Shown in pieces: positions 41,027 to 54,600 of a stretch of DNA of 64,000 nt. Under the pieces are notes generated by a model. The model worked only from the letters and a program-made list of their open reading frames with translations, was not told the DNA's origin and ran no database searches. The translations under genes were made by a program, and so were the position numbers. This stretch comes from Azolla caroliniana (lineage: Eukaryota > Plantae > Polypodiophyta), in assembly GCA_043228905.1 (NCBI GenBank), contig JBHGNT010000003.1, forward strand, positions 3,410,001 to 3,474,000, read 5' to 3'. Each line of letters begins with the position of its first letter. The first letter of the stretch is position 1.

Positions 41027-42069
41027 GATACGTATACGAATACGTATACGTATATGTATACGAATATGTCCAAATATATAAGAATACGTATATATATATG
41101 GGAAACAAACACAAAGAGACTAACACACACATATACATATACATAGACATATATTGTATACATATACATAAACGTATTCTTATACATATTCGTATACATA
41201 TGGATATACATATGCATATACGTATATGTAGACACATATACATATACATAGACATATATTGTATACATATGTGTATATGTATACGTATACGTATATGAAT
41301 AGGTATATGTATACGTGTATGTTATATGTACAATAGACATTCGGTTAAGTGCTCACTTTGAATGCAAGGAAGAAGTGCGCACTTACGGGTTTTCTAAAAC
41401 ATTTTGGGGTTTTTTGGAAGTTTTTAGGGTTTTCTGAAGTATTTTCCTTCTGTGCTCTAATCATACAATTCCTGATAAGAAAAGTGATCAATTTACGTGA
41501 TATAATTGACCTGAAACGTTTTTGGTTTCAACATACATACTCTTCAGTTTCTTTCTCGATTCTAGTTTACCTTTAGTTTTTGCCTTTTTGCTACGTCTGA
41601 GGAATACATCCATTATGCAACAAAACTAATGAACTTCCTTGGATGCGATGAGTTTTTTCTTGTGTTTTCTTCCTAGTGGCGGTAGGTTTGAGGAATCGAA
41701 GTGCAGATGGAGGAGACATGAAAAGAGAGTGAGGGAGCAATGGACAAATCACAGGCTCCAACTTCTATAATCTTTGAGAATAAACAAGATGCACATAAAG
41801 AGATAGGGAGGGAGAGAGGCTTTCTTCATGCAAGAAAAGAGCACGCATGCACGTGGCACAAGCACACACAGAAAGAGAAGGCAATAGACAGAAGTTTTGT
41901 TGCACATGGAGAAGGAGAGCTTGCGTTCACGGCCGATCGCTGCAAAAACTTGACTATTCACAATCATCAAGAATTGTTTGCCCTTCTTTGCTTATGTTCT
42001 TTAATCAAGAATCAAAATCACAGACTCGTAATCGTAAACACACACACACACACACACACGTAGAACACA

Positions 42070-42119
<50 letters not shown>

Positions 42120-42416
42120 CACATGGTATATACATAGACACAAAAACTCGTTTTCTTGTTTCTAAATGTTTGGAACATAGTTTCAATTGGGTTTAATTTA
42201 ATTTCGTCATGAAACAATGTAAATTTTTTTATCTAGATATTGACCTCTATAAAAAACGCACTTAATATAATGGTGCACTTAAGTGGCACGCACTTAACCG
42301 AATGCTTAATGTATATGTATATGTTATATGTGTGTGTGTTGGTCTCTTTGCGTTTGTTGTTCCCATATATGTATACATATGCACATACATATACGTATAT
42401 GTATATGTATATGTCA
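41027..42416. mobile_element. Foldback/MULE-like element with long TA-rich imperfect TIRs and an internal (CA)n tract
   Basis: Left tatatgggaaacaaacacaaagagactaacacacac...cattcggttaagtgc is the inverse of right gcacttaaccgaatg...gtgtgtgttggtctctttgcgtttgttgttcccatata. No clear TSD. Confidence 0.65.
42038..42115 (+). repeat. Interrupted (CA)n microsatellite
   Basis: Directly visible. Confidence 0.95.
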
Positions 42417-42747
42417 CCCTTTGCCATTGGCCCACAAAGTTGAAAACTTCATCATTCTCTCACCCGGATTGTGTTCAGAGAACCTCGTATGTACCCTTTG
42501 GCCCCTTGAAAGTGGATCACTTCCTACTCGTTGCATGCGCTTTGGCTTGATTGAGTCTTGAGAACCGATGAGGTAGGCAAACAAGGTTCGACATCCTATT
42601 CCGTGGATGATTGAGCTTAGAGAACCATGAGTTTTCGTGTTGTATAGTTAAAGACAGAGGTTTTACGTGTACTCACAAATATATATGCTTTATTGTACTA
42701 TGTATTCATATATTCCTCCATGTCAAGAAAGTAGAAGAAAAAATATT

Positions 42748-42786
<39 letters not shown>
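42748..42786 (+). repeat. (GA)n microsatellite
   Basis: Directly visible. Confidence 0.9.
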
Positions 42787-42787
<1 letters not shown>

Positions 42788-45221
42788 AATAGGAACAGGA
42801 AAAGTCTATTTATTGTTTTGAATCAACTTTATATAGTATTCGTTGTTTATACATGTGGGCATCAATCCAATCACGCTATCAATGAGGGCAAACTTCTAGT
42901 GCAATTGGCATTGAAGAGGTTTTTTCAATCTGAATTAAAAAATATCAGTTTAATCTCAAAAGAACCATTAGTTAATGATGTTGGAGCAAGGCAACATTGG
43001 CACGATTGTAAGTGACTATGATGGATACAACAAGCATTCATTCGATGAAGCTTTTGTTAGCTTCTAAGGTTACGAAGCATCCTAGTAAGAAGCAACATGT
43101 TTTTTACTCAATCTTCCTTGATTGTATTTCTTGTTAGCTTGCTTTTAATCTTAATTCATTAATTTGGTTTTACTAATCAATATAACAAGAATCGAGCAAA
43201 AAAAAGTTTTATACTCCTACAAATGAATTGTTAGTAGAGAATATTGACAAATCATCCTCACATTAGATCGATGAACCATTGCTAAACATTTGCTAACCCA
43301 TTTATAGAGCCTATAGATGAATAGTCTTTATGGTATACCAAAGAATAATTCTAATGGAATATTGTTGAATCTTCAATATACAATATGGACAAATTTACCT
43401 TAAACGCTTTCGATGGTTCATTTGTACCAACTATCAAAGGTTCCTCTTTAGGCACTATTGATAATCATTCTAGACATCCTGTCTTGACTAATTCACACAT
43501 GCTGACACTTAATTCTTTATATCCCATATATAGCCTAAAAGAACAATTAATATTACCTTATGTACATTGGGGGTCCATATTTCAATCACTCTAAACACTT
43601 CCACTTTACAATAAATAAGGGGAAATTTTGAAACCAAACCTTATGTACCAAGGTTTCCTTAAGTTTAGATCTACCCTAATTGCCAATAATGAAAACCAAG
43701 CACACTAACAATGAGTGAATGATAGAATTATTTGAAAACATAATGGAAATAGTGTGATTGATTTTAGATTATTCTCAGAAGGTATCTAGGATCATGATCT
43801 TAGAAATGGATATTAGAATTTGATCATACAACTTTATGTACTGATCTTAAATTATGTCTGGAAGGATTATATGAAGAGAAACTATAATGCAAGACATGTG
43901 CATAGACTTTCAAATAGCACATATGTATGTCAATATGGCGGAGGATATCTTACAATTTATGAAAGACAAAGTCTCAAAATGGTGCAACACTAGAATTCAA
44001 ATGGGAAGCTTTCATTAAAGTCATTTCCTCATGCAGAAAAAAGTGCTTTTCAATTAAGCATATGCCGTGCCAGAGTACCAATAAATGTAGCTAAATTTAG
44101 TTAAATAAGATTTCCATGACACTCCAAAGTACCGCTTTACGTGTAGTAAACCATAAGAACAACCCATCAAAAGTATGTTGATGCATACAAAAAGACTTAA
44201 TCAAAGAAAGAAAAGAATATATGAAGTAAACAATCATTTCTCCACAATCAAGAAAAACCTAAATGCATGTGGACAATTTTAGAGAAATCTCAAGGGAAAC
44301 GTATTGAAAATTATGGAAACTTAATTTTTATGGATTTGTGCATCCATTGTACGCACTTCTATGAGTAATCAACATGTTAGGAGGGGATATGGTAAAGGAC
44401 TAAATTATTTCTTTGCAGACTTTAGGAGAAGTTTTTGAGCTCAATATACCAAGTGAATATATACTTGCAAATTTTCGCACATGATATACCATGTTTGTAC
44501 GGGAGGTGGAATTTCAATTTTTTTACTAACAACATTCAGGTTAAGAAAGGATAACACAACTGACTCTAACCCACTCCCTTTTGTTTATGCATTGATTAAC
44601 TGGAACGAATGGTCAACGCATTTATAAATCAAGAAGCTATTGAAGAAGTTACCATTGGGAATGTAGTTATTATGCTTTTGTTGTATTCAAATACTTTGGA
44701 AAATGCCCAAATGCTTAGTGTATTGGCAATAATTTTGTAAGCATAGTAAGTTGAGTGGTCAACACCTCCAAGATGAAGGTTATCCTCATTAAGAGCAAAA
44801 AGAGATAAGACCCTTTTTTACTTTTAATAACTAAATGTTATATATTTTTTTATATGCAAATCATCAACTATATATAAGTTAATTGTAATCGAGATTCACT
44901 ATAAATTGTGGCTCCCACAATCCCACCTATGTCGCAAGAGAAGTGAGATCCCTTTCAAGACGACCTTTCATGGCCACTCGGCCCCGAACTCTCATTGTGG
45001 AAACCAACAAATCACCTACAAAAGATAGTTAGGGAAAGCATGTCCTAAAAGCAATAGGCAATATTGATAGCTCAATTAGATCGGGTATCTAGCTTCAAAC
45101 CATTTGGAAAGAGGTTCAAGTTCCCTTCGATGTACACAAACCTTCCTTGAATGTTTCATAGAACAATGTTGTTCTATCAATCGAGAATTCTTAACATGTT
45201 GGAGTGTCGGAGCTAAGCCAA

Positions 45222-45506
45222 CTTGATCCTTATGTCATCAGAAATAAGGACATTTCTCCAATTATAGGGAACATATTATAGCATTGAAAACATTTCACAA
45301 ACATCTATATTTACTTCCTATGGGTCATCATTCAAGGGAGGTAAAGACTCCATGAGGTCTTACAAATGGGTCACCTCGTGGAGTCTTACTTCCCTCGAAT
45401 GGTGACCCATTGGAAGTAAATATAGATGTTTGTGACATGTTTTCAATGTTATAATATGTTTCCTATAATTGGAGAAATGTCCTTATTTCCTGATGTAGGG
45501 ATCAAG
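45222..45506. other. Long inverted repeat (~135-bp arms, 14-nt loop); candidate hairpin-RNA/MIRNA locus or MITE
   Basis: Arm 45222-45358 pairs with 45373-45506. The core ~117 bp has 8 mismatches and one bulge. Confidence 0.9.
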
Positions 45507-45823
45507 ATAATTGTCACACTAGTAGTGTCTTCCCTCCATTTGAGGGATGTAAGACTCCACGAGGTAAGACCCATTGGAGATAACCCTAGTGCTCTTAGTT
45601 TTCCGAAAAAATTATGGCTAAGCCATCTTTACTTTTCAAAAAAATAAGATTTTAGGAAATCGGCATCCCCTCTCACCTTACAACACTCGTCGACACTTCG
45701 ATTCCCAAAATAAGATTTTTGTTGATGCCTCAATTTGTTTCATCAAAGGCAAACCCTTATTTCATATTTTCTTCTAAATAATGGGGAAACCCTTCCGAAA
45801 ATCCTATTGGTTTGTTGTAGAGG

Positions 45824-45872
45824 TGGCACAATGGTAGAACATTGATCACTCATAAGCATGGGGTTCGAATTT
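45824..45872 (+). mobile_element. tRNA-derived SINE-like head
   Basis: A-box TGGCACAATGG (45824-45834) and B-box-like GGTTCGAATTT (45862-45872). Confidence 0.35.
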
Positions 45873-48800
45873 CAATTTGATTAGTAACATGAAAAACTCT
45901 TGGTGGAGGAGAAATGGGATTTTCACAATTTCTATTCACGCGATTTCTGACATAGTCCCTCTTAAGTTTGCATTAAAGTATTGTACTTCACAAAGCAAGT
46001 GAAACCATGAGAGAGAGTTTTGTAGTAAATTTTTATGGCAATTACAAATCTTGTTGTTTACAATAGGTTTTCTAGAAAATGAATCAAAATCACACAAGAT
46101 TATATAATATCCTTGCTTCAATGGGCAAGACTATGATCGTTGACAACTTCTCCTTGGTCATCATAGGATGCCCATGTGCCCAACTAATTTGTTACCTTGT
46201 AATTTGGTTTGTCATCAAAACCGTGGGAATCAATTTACAAAACTTGTGACCCTAACAATGCACGTTCTTGCTCATCATATGGCTTTCACAAGCTCTCATG
46301 CTAGATAAAAATAGAATTCTTCATTTTTGACATGCTTTTCCTTTTAAGCATACACTTGTTCCCATCCTTGCATAAATTGGCTTATTCCCTTTTTATAACA
46401 CGTTTTCCTTAACATCTTCCTTCATGATGCAATATTGGTTTAAATATATTCTCGTTTTGCCTTTTGATTTTGGCATTCATGTTGACCAAAATCTAGAGCC
46501 TTTGTACAATTTGCCTTTGTCATGATTTACTACTCCCTAGGGTCATGACAATGACCTTCTTGGTGGATTATCTAAGGTATGGCAACCCTTATCATTGTAG
46601 CTTACCAAGAAACCCCAATGTACGGTTTGATAGCAAAGTCATAATATGAAAACATTGGGGAAGACATCTTCCCTTCTACTTGGATAAGTAAAGATCTTGA
46701 TGATAGGGATGAAATCAAAGAAGAATACTATGAAGGGAAGATGCATCAAATTGAACAAATTCTATAGAGTCAACAAGTCGTGAACATTTAAACAAAAGTC
46801 CAAACAATATTTGTCTATTTAATCATATAAGTTTCTATCTAAATCTTGTAATCGTCACGTTTTGCTATTCTATTATCTCTATATTCAAAATCTCGCGCAC
46901 ATAATCACAAATGAACTTGAAAACTTTTTTTGTTCATGGTACCCATAGTCATCAAACAATGGTCGTATGCGACTATAATGTTCCGATGTGTTCCACATCA
47001 AAGATTATGTTCTCACCCCATTCTCATATGTGTGTGTACATCATGAAACTCAAGCCATTTATGCCTTTGGATAGCAGTTCGAGAAGAGAATCTTCATTTG
47101 TGTGAACGCAACCTCCAGAGACTTTCCATCACTCCTTTTATTGACAACAGGGTTCAATCTTATAGTAAACTCGGTTCGTGTCCAAGTTGTTGCCCAAGGA
47201 GATAATTCTCATTGTTAGGTGTTAACCAACATGTCCATTTTGCTAAATGTGAAATGTCAATTTAGGACAACTATCTAGAAAGATGCTAAAAGATGTCATT
47301 AGTTTCAAATCTAGAATTTTCGTCGGAATGGTTTGAATTAATGCTATACTCCTTTATGAGGAGACATTCTATGTCTTTTCAAAGGGCTGAACCAACCAAT
47401 ATAAACAAAGATTCATTAATACCAACGCCTCCACCTTTATTCTCAATATATTGTCTTTCTTTGTATGCTATCTAAACATATTAAGCGTGGAAAAAATATG
47501 GACCCAAGCTTGCGACTTCTAGGCACAAGTGGAAATGGAATGATATTAGGCTACGAGAAATTGTGAATTGTCGTAAGTTCTAGTAGCCCTTCTTTTCATA
47601 TTGATGACAATGCTAATCATGCATGCAAAAGCAGGGATAAGTTCCTTTCCGAATGTCAAATTCTTTGGAGATTGATTTTAGAAAAGATAGTGCAGAAGCA
47701 ATCCTTACTCCACTCAAATTTATATTGGATTTGGAGTTGGTTAGGAAATTCATGGATTTATTGAAGACTCTTGTAATTTGGCTATCTGAATACCCATGGC
47801 ACATTGGTGAAATGTACCAATCTTGTCAAGTCTTCATGAAAAAACCCCTATGTCCCGTTCTAATCGATGGCATCTAATCTCACCAATCATGAGCTTTTAA
47901 AGCCATAGGCAATATGCTACAAGAGTATCTTCCTTTGTTGGTGCATTGTATCCAATATGGTTTTATTAGGGGAAAAGTATATATTACAAAATATTTTGAA
48001 CGTATATATTATGCAATGAAATTTGGCCAAGATATTTTCATTATGATCCCAATGGTCTCAAATATTCTTCTCTTATGCCATGGACTCAATAGTAGACCTT
48101 CGGTTTCAAAAAGAGAGACTTGGAAAGATGAATGCACTCCTAAAACTATATGTCTTGTGGTAAGAAGTTTTTTCGTCTTCATAAGATATGTTTGAGCCAC
48201 CTATCCAACCATGGATAGAAAACAAGGGTTTCTTTTATCTTAAAAGAATGGAGAGATCCAAAGCAAAACTATGGCTTTCTATATCTTGATGTCATGTGGT
48301 TAAAAGTGATGGACTCAGTAAGACTCAAGGGTCAATCATGACACATCCAACAATCACTCTGCAACAACAAATTTTGTGCCTTGTAAAAAGTCATTGTATG
48401 ATTAACCACCTTGTAAAAGGGCATTGTATGATTGACCACGTAGAAAATAACTCCTTACATAAAATAGAGCATTTCAAATAGTTGGACATTGTTATCATGT
48501 ACCCATGAATTATGTGACTCTTTGGAGACAATTATAGGGTTTGGAACTTTTCATACATGTCATTTTGCCAAAACTTAAAAGTCAAACCAACCTTGGTTAG
48601 GTGGTTGTTTTTGTAGATAAAAAAACCATTGTACGTAATCGTGTAACAACATAACTATTTGTGAATCTATCTTGATTCAATATTAATACACAACCTTTTG
48701 CAAAAAGTAAAAACTAAAAGAGAGAGAGAGAGAGAGAGAGAGCATCCATTCTTGATTACTACATAGAATCGAGCATAGTTTTTTAATGTCGGACAATTTA

Positions 48801-49473
48801 CAACTTTCCATGTCTATGATGTGCCAAGAGGAAAACATATAAGCAATTAAGAAATACACTATCTACTCACAAACATGGAACTAAGTACTATTAATCCTTG
48901 GTATTGTACGTATTCGTTCTTCGATACCACAAAAACAAAAGTTGGCATGAAAACATACGTATAATATATGTAATATGTACAATGACTTCATTTATGGATG
49001 GGAATGACTTGACACAAGTTATAAATTGTTATATTAGAGTAGAAAATTGTAAGTCCCAAAGTCTTGATGCTCACTTAGTTTATTAAAACCAACCTTCATG
49101 CAAGCTAGAATTACCCATTTCTCAATGTTTCATCATGTACGCAAAAACATATTGGCGCCATGACCGTTTTCTTATAAGATCAAATATTTATTAATTCATA
49201 AAACTTATATACAATACATTTCTTGTAACCTGTAACAAATGTGGAGTGAGCTTGAGTGGAATTCCACAACATTTTTGCTTTTCATTCTATGTTGTGGATG
49301 AGCTTGGAGACTCGAAGAGTTTTCTTTCCATGGAATGTTGTTATAGACAATGATGAATGTTTTCTTTCCATGCAATGTTGTTATAGACATTGGTGACCCA
49401 TTGGAACCAACCACGAACTCTCAAATATCAAGTTGGGACAGCTAGTAGAAATCGGTTCCTTTGGTTCTAGTGG

Positions 49474-50433
49474 CTACTCGACTTTCCATGCATAGAGCAA
49501 AAGAGAGAAGCCCCAATTCTCGACCTCATGGTTGGACAACGAAGAACCCGAGACATGGTGCCATTGTGAAAGAGGGTTGTATGATTTATTGGTAGCTGTG
49601 GTGGTACTACTAGAGGACCACGATTTGTTGGTAGCCGTGGTACTACACTGGAACATGAAGATAGCATGGCCATCATTATGGCTAAAGAGCCAGTTGTGGA
49701 CATCCCAGAACAACTCCACACTTAGCCCATCCACGAGAAAAGTTTGGTTCCCGCGAAACTTCCATGTTAGCCTTTTCACATGTACCACGACTTGCTTGTC
49801 CACACTAACCGACAACCGGGGCTCTCGGGCCCGGACATTACACTCGATGAGAATGTCATGGGACCGGCCATTCTCTCCGAATTGCGCCTTTGTGGAGTAC
49901 ACCTTGCGCCCGAAGATGTGCTCTCGTCGAGAGATCATGTTGGTTTCCGATGAACATGAAGTGGCTTGGGTCTTGCTATACGCCTCGAGCGGCATGTTCC
50001 CGAGCAAGAGAATGATTTCATGGTCATAAACAAGAGCAAAGAAGAAACCGTCCACGGGTTCGGGGGTTGATCCCACGTAATTCGCCGACGAAAGGTCCCA
50101 GAATGCTACCACTTCACAACTAGGTCCAAATGGCAGTATAATCTTGCCTTTCTTCTTGCCAAGGATCCATGGCCTCATGCTAGATTGCATTGAATTAGGC
50201 CATTTGAGGTGTCGCTCGCATGCATAGAGCGATAACCCTAGACCCCCGACCGATTTGGACCATGTGAGGGTTATGTGGTAAGGGGTGCCTCCAATTTTGG
50301 TGAGGTAAATGCATTTCACCATGTTTTGCAATGGCGCGCTTGGCCCCGCGGTGGTGGTGATTTTGTTGCACGCGAATGAGCTCCCGGAGACTTGGGTACC
50401 ATACTCGCCCGAGCAGAAGGGCAACTCGAACAT
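49474..50433 (-). CDS. DUF868 family plant protein, single coding exon, 319 aa
   Basis: Family motifs ITLTWSK, FWDLSSA.Y...PEP, ISRREHIFG, HDILIEC, VKRLTWKFRGNQT, WDVHNWLF and terminal GFSLLLYAWK.E. Confidence 0.93.
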   Translation of the reverse strand: MFELPFCSGEYGTQVSGSSFACNKITTTAGPSAPLQNMVKCIYLTKIGGTPYHITLTWSKSVGGLGLSLYACERHLKWPNSMQSSMRPWILGKKKGKIILPFGPSCEVVAFWDLSSANYVGSTPEPVDGFFFALVYDHEIILLLGNMPLEAYSKTQATSCSSETNMISRREHIFGRKVYSTKAQFGENGRSHDILIECNVRAREPRLSVSVDKQVVVHVKRLTWKFRGNQTFLVDGLSVELFWDVHNWLFSHNDGHAIFMFQCSTTATNKSWSSSSTTTATNKSYNPLSQWHHVSGSSLSNHEVENWGFSLLLYAWKVE

Positions 50434-50671
50434 CGTGGTGGTGGTTCCTCCGAGAGGAATTAAGAAGGCTGATCTTCGGGTATGGTATGTCGGGACCGAT
50501 GATTGTAGGAGTTACATGGGGATGTTAGGATAGGTTGTTGTGAGAAGAGGAACTATAGGAGAGAGACCACATATGGGGAGACACCATGCAAAATCATTTG
50601 GGCAGTTAGTATATGGCATGTGACCATCATAGAAGCCAATCACACAACACAACCCTACATGCAAAGATGTA

Positions 50672-51268
50672 TATATAAACCAACACAATCAAAGTGATTG
50701 TGGAGATTATGTGCAAGTTTGAGAACCCTCCCCCAAAAAAGAGGGATAAATCACAAGAGTGATCTAATATATGAAGGGAAGATGTATGTTAAACCACCAC
50801 AATCAAAGAGATTCTGAATCAATCCTTAATGGATATTTCTTCATAGAAGACAGAGGGAAGATTATAATGCAAGTTTAAAGAACCCAAAAAAAACAAAAAC
50901 AAAAAAAGGGAGAAACCACAAGAGTGATCTATGAAGGAAAAAGATGCATGTATAAACCACCACAATCAAAGAGCTTGCTCAAATCCTTAATGGGTATTCT
51001 CCATGGAAGCCAGAGAGGAGATTATAGTGCAAGTTTGAGAACCCAAAAAAGAAAGAAAGGGATAAACCACAAGTCTAGAGTGATCTATGAAGGAAAGATG
51101 CATGTATAAACCAACACAATCAAAGTGATTGTTCAATCCTTAATGGGTATTCTTAATGGAACACAAAGAGGAGATTATAGTGCAAGTTTAAGAACCCCCC
51201 CTCCAAAAAAAAAAGAAAACAAAAAAAGGGACAAAACACAAGAGTGATCTATGAAAGGAAAGATGTAT
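50672..51268 (+). repeat. Degenerate tandem array (~4 copies, up to ~170 bp) upstream of the DUF868 CDS, probably in a 5'UTR intron
   Basis: Recurring aaacca.cacaatcaaag...gattata.tgcaagttt.agaaccc...cacaagagtgatctatgaaggaaagatg. Confidence 0.85.
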
Positions 51269-51455
51269 TGAATTGTGATTGTGATTTTGGCATCTATGGT
51301 TATGGAAGCAAAGACCAAGACAGAGTCAATTTGCTGAGAGGGAGAGGGACAGGCAAGAGGCAGAGGCTGAAGACCCACCCATCTTAATGGAGAAGATAAG
51401 AGAGAACAGAGTAAGAGAGAGAGAGAAGAAATCAGAGGAAGAGAAAGAGACTCTC

Positions 51456-51462
51456 TTTTATA
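51456..51462 (-). promoter_or_regulatory. Putative TATA box of the DUF868 gene
   Basis: Minus strand reads CCCTATAAAAGAGAG followed by a CT-rich leader. Confidence 0.45.
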
Positions 51463-51654
51463 GGGTTATTATGGTCATTTTGGCATATCATCACACACAA
51501 GGATATGAATATGTATGTGAGGGCTATAATATTACTACTACAAACTCTAGTATCTCTAAAGTAATTTGCAAACACCACCAACCACTTGCAAGACCTTCCT
51601 TTTTTTCTTTTTTCTTTTATTTATTATTTATTATTTGTTATATTTTATATTTTA

Positions 51655-51690
<36 letters not shown>

Positions 51691-54600
51691 GTGGTTATTA
51701 TTATGATTTTATTTATTTTATTTTATTTTAAAACAAGATATCCTGTCATTAGTGTAAACATTTTACAAGATTTTAAACTCTATGTGATCGGAGGGGGGAA
51801 ACAACCATTTCGGAGGCTGAAAATGCCAATAAGATTATTATGATTATTATTATCGTCGTGAGTGAGTTATTCGTTGCTTATTGTCGGATGGTCAAGCCAT
51901 GAGCAAAAAAATTGTCTTTAGGTCGCATTGTCAACTCAAAAAAGGCGGAGATTTCGTGACGAGTCCATCCTTCATAATCTCGTGTCAGACCTTGAAATCC
52001 ATCTCGAAACCATGCCCACTTGTGCCCCTTCATGTGTGTTATACACACCTATACATACATATATAAATATTAATATATGTATGTATGAATCCATAGTTGG
52101 ATCCTCAATCGTCGATTATGAAAATGCGAAGAAAAACAAAAGTTGCCCCACTAGCCTCTGGCTAATTAAATTATCCAACTTCCATACCCTAGGGCATGTT
52201 CCTGATGTGTTTGGGCATATGTTATTATAGAATGAAAAAAAAGTAAATTTGTCCCAGAGTTTGTATGGTTGCGTCACCATGTATTTTTGTCACCCACAAG
52301 CAAAACTTGAACTTATATTGGAAGTCTCATTTAGGCTACAAATATGTAAGGCCATAAGCTCGTTTATATGGCCACACATTCTAGATAATGATGGTTTGGA
52401 TTTGAACCTAGGAATCTATAATATGTAAAGGCACAACTACCCTTTCGTATACCAATTAATCCCCACCATAGGAATCATAAGAACATAAAGGTCCAACCCA
52501 AGGTAATGCTTCGATGTTTCGCCTAAACCACTCCTATGAGGTAATAAATAATTACACGTATGCGCGTTACCACATGGCTTCATGATATGGTTATTTCAAG
52601 GTTGTCAACCTTAAGATATAATGATGTAGCATATTGATAGCATGAAAGGAAATGTATACATCTAATGCCATCGATTATGCACCTTTCGGTGGTTGTATAC
52701 ACACACATATACTCTCTTCTATACATTGGATGAAAAATTTTAACGCGCAGTATGCCCCTAGGGAACTTATAGCTTCCCTTACCACAATCTTTCTCACTCG
52801 TTTAATACCAACCAAATTTCACTTTCATTACTTTTGTCCTTTTTGTCTGCATCGTTCATGTCCGATGTTTGAGACTCGTCTTTTATTAGTGCTAAAAAGG
52901 ACACGGTATTGTTTTGTGAACCAATATCGATAATCTTATGGTAAGTATTTTGGGATTTCAAAATAGTTGTGGTCGTTTGAACTAGACATGTTTGTTGTGA
53001 AAAAATAGTTATATTTTCATGTTACAAATAACGAGATGTTTTTATCGTGATATTTTTGTGTATTTCAATATTCTCGTCATAGAACAATCATCATTTTACC
53101 TGGTTCCTACTCACTCTTAGCTCCCTATCGTGCATGTAAAATCATAGCTCATCGATATACACACAAAATAAGAGACAATATATCACATCGTGCAATGAAC
53201 GTAATGTCCGGTTATAGTTTCTTCTTGTCTATGTCCTTGTTGTCTTACACTCTTAAATTTTATGTTTGCTTTATATTAAACGTGTTTCGTTTTCAAATCA
53301 TGGTTTAAATCGTACACATATCATAGGGCTTTGATATCCCTTCTCTTTTTAATTGGATGTTTTGTAGTGTCGTAGACTCGTGAAGAATATGTATGTGGTA
53401 AATTATAACGAAACCCTCTTTCTCAACAATAAAAGTTTAAACAATCTTACCTCTATTGGAAATGCCATTAAACAGCTTTAAATGGCAATGTCACTAACAT
53501 GTCGTGCAATGTGATCAAACATGATTGATGTTAGGAAATCGATGTTTATTTATATCAACTGGTGTGTAAATTGTTGATGCTAATATATCGACTCTATAAA
53601 TACGATATCCATATGTACTAACAAATTAACGATATAAAAAGACGCTACTAGTCCACGAATTCATGCATTTAAGTAAATATTTTTATCTTCCGCTAATCCT
53701 TGGTCAGAAACTTCATAAAGGTATTGGATAATGACAGTTTACTGGTAGTAACCTCGCAAAAACACATGTGTTGATCACTTGGAAACATCGACCACTTTGT
53801 TGTGACATTTAAGCAAAATCCGAAAATCATTTGAGAGGAGGCCCTTACATTCAAAAGAGAGATTCCGTAATATCACATTTTTTGCTCATTTATTTAGCAA
53901 AAACTCAAAGTTGTTTGATACTATTTAGTGAAGTTGGCATCAATTGTTGGGTTTGACAATGACATTGAACGCATCTCATTTTAGTTTCATTCTAAGTCTT
54001 CAACTTTCCAATTCTTCTCTTTATCTTTTCAAGAACTTTGTAGTCATGAAGTGTTAGGAGTTAAGGGGGGATATGACAATTGTGGTAAATTCGAGTATGT
54101 TGACGCAAGGAGATAGAAGCTTATTGCCAAGTCTTTTTGTTCTTGGATCTTGACAACAATAAATTGGATGTTTACATGTGTAGGCCATATGCAAGCAACT
54201 AACCTATTACCCAATCACAAGATTATTTGTAACCCCTGATTTTTTTGGTATAATACAAGTGTTTGGAGCGTCAAGACTTCTTGTGCCTTTCTTGAGTCAC
54301 ATGTTCCATGTTCTTTATACATGAGAAATGCATCACCATCTTATATTTTATGTGTCAAAGTTTTTAGTACGTTAAAAGGCAAGCATTCATGTTTCAATTT
54401 TTGGTTCTTTGGATATGATAAAGAAGACGCAATTGCTTTTCTTGAGTTTCATGTTATATAATACATGGCAAGCAAAGTAAAATCTCTTCACGTTTGTGAG
54501 TAGAGAAATAAAAAAACAACAAAAACCTACATACAAGACATATAATATTGGGAAGATGAAGTTCACCAATAAAATAAATTCCCTTGTGGTAAGTTCACGA

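Noticed and set aside
33456-45506. Functional linkage between the SGS3-RING gene and the long hairpin ~9 kb away
   Set aside because: Proximity alone is not evidence in a plant genome, and no sequence complementarity between them was seen.
42900-48600. Possible decayed retrotransposon or transposase coding sequence (also 12600-15000, 20300-21500 and 52500-57600)
   Set aside because: It looks like old TE debris, but I could not recover any diagnostic motif or termini by eye, so it is not annotated.
49532-50029. Antisense ORFs overlapping DUF868 (and those over LEO1, AP2, XS and the right-edge gene)
   Set aside because: They are shadow ORFs expected opposite real coding sequence.
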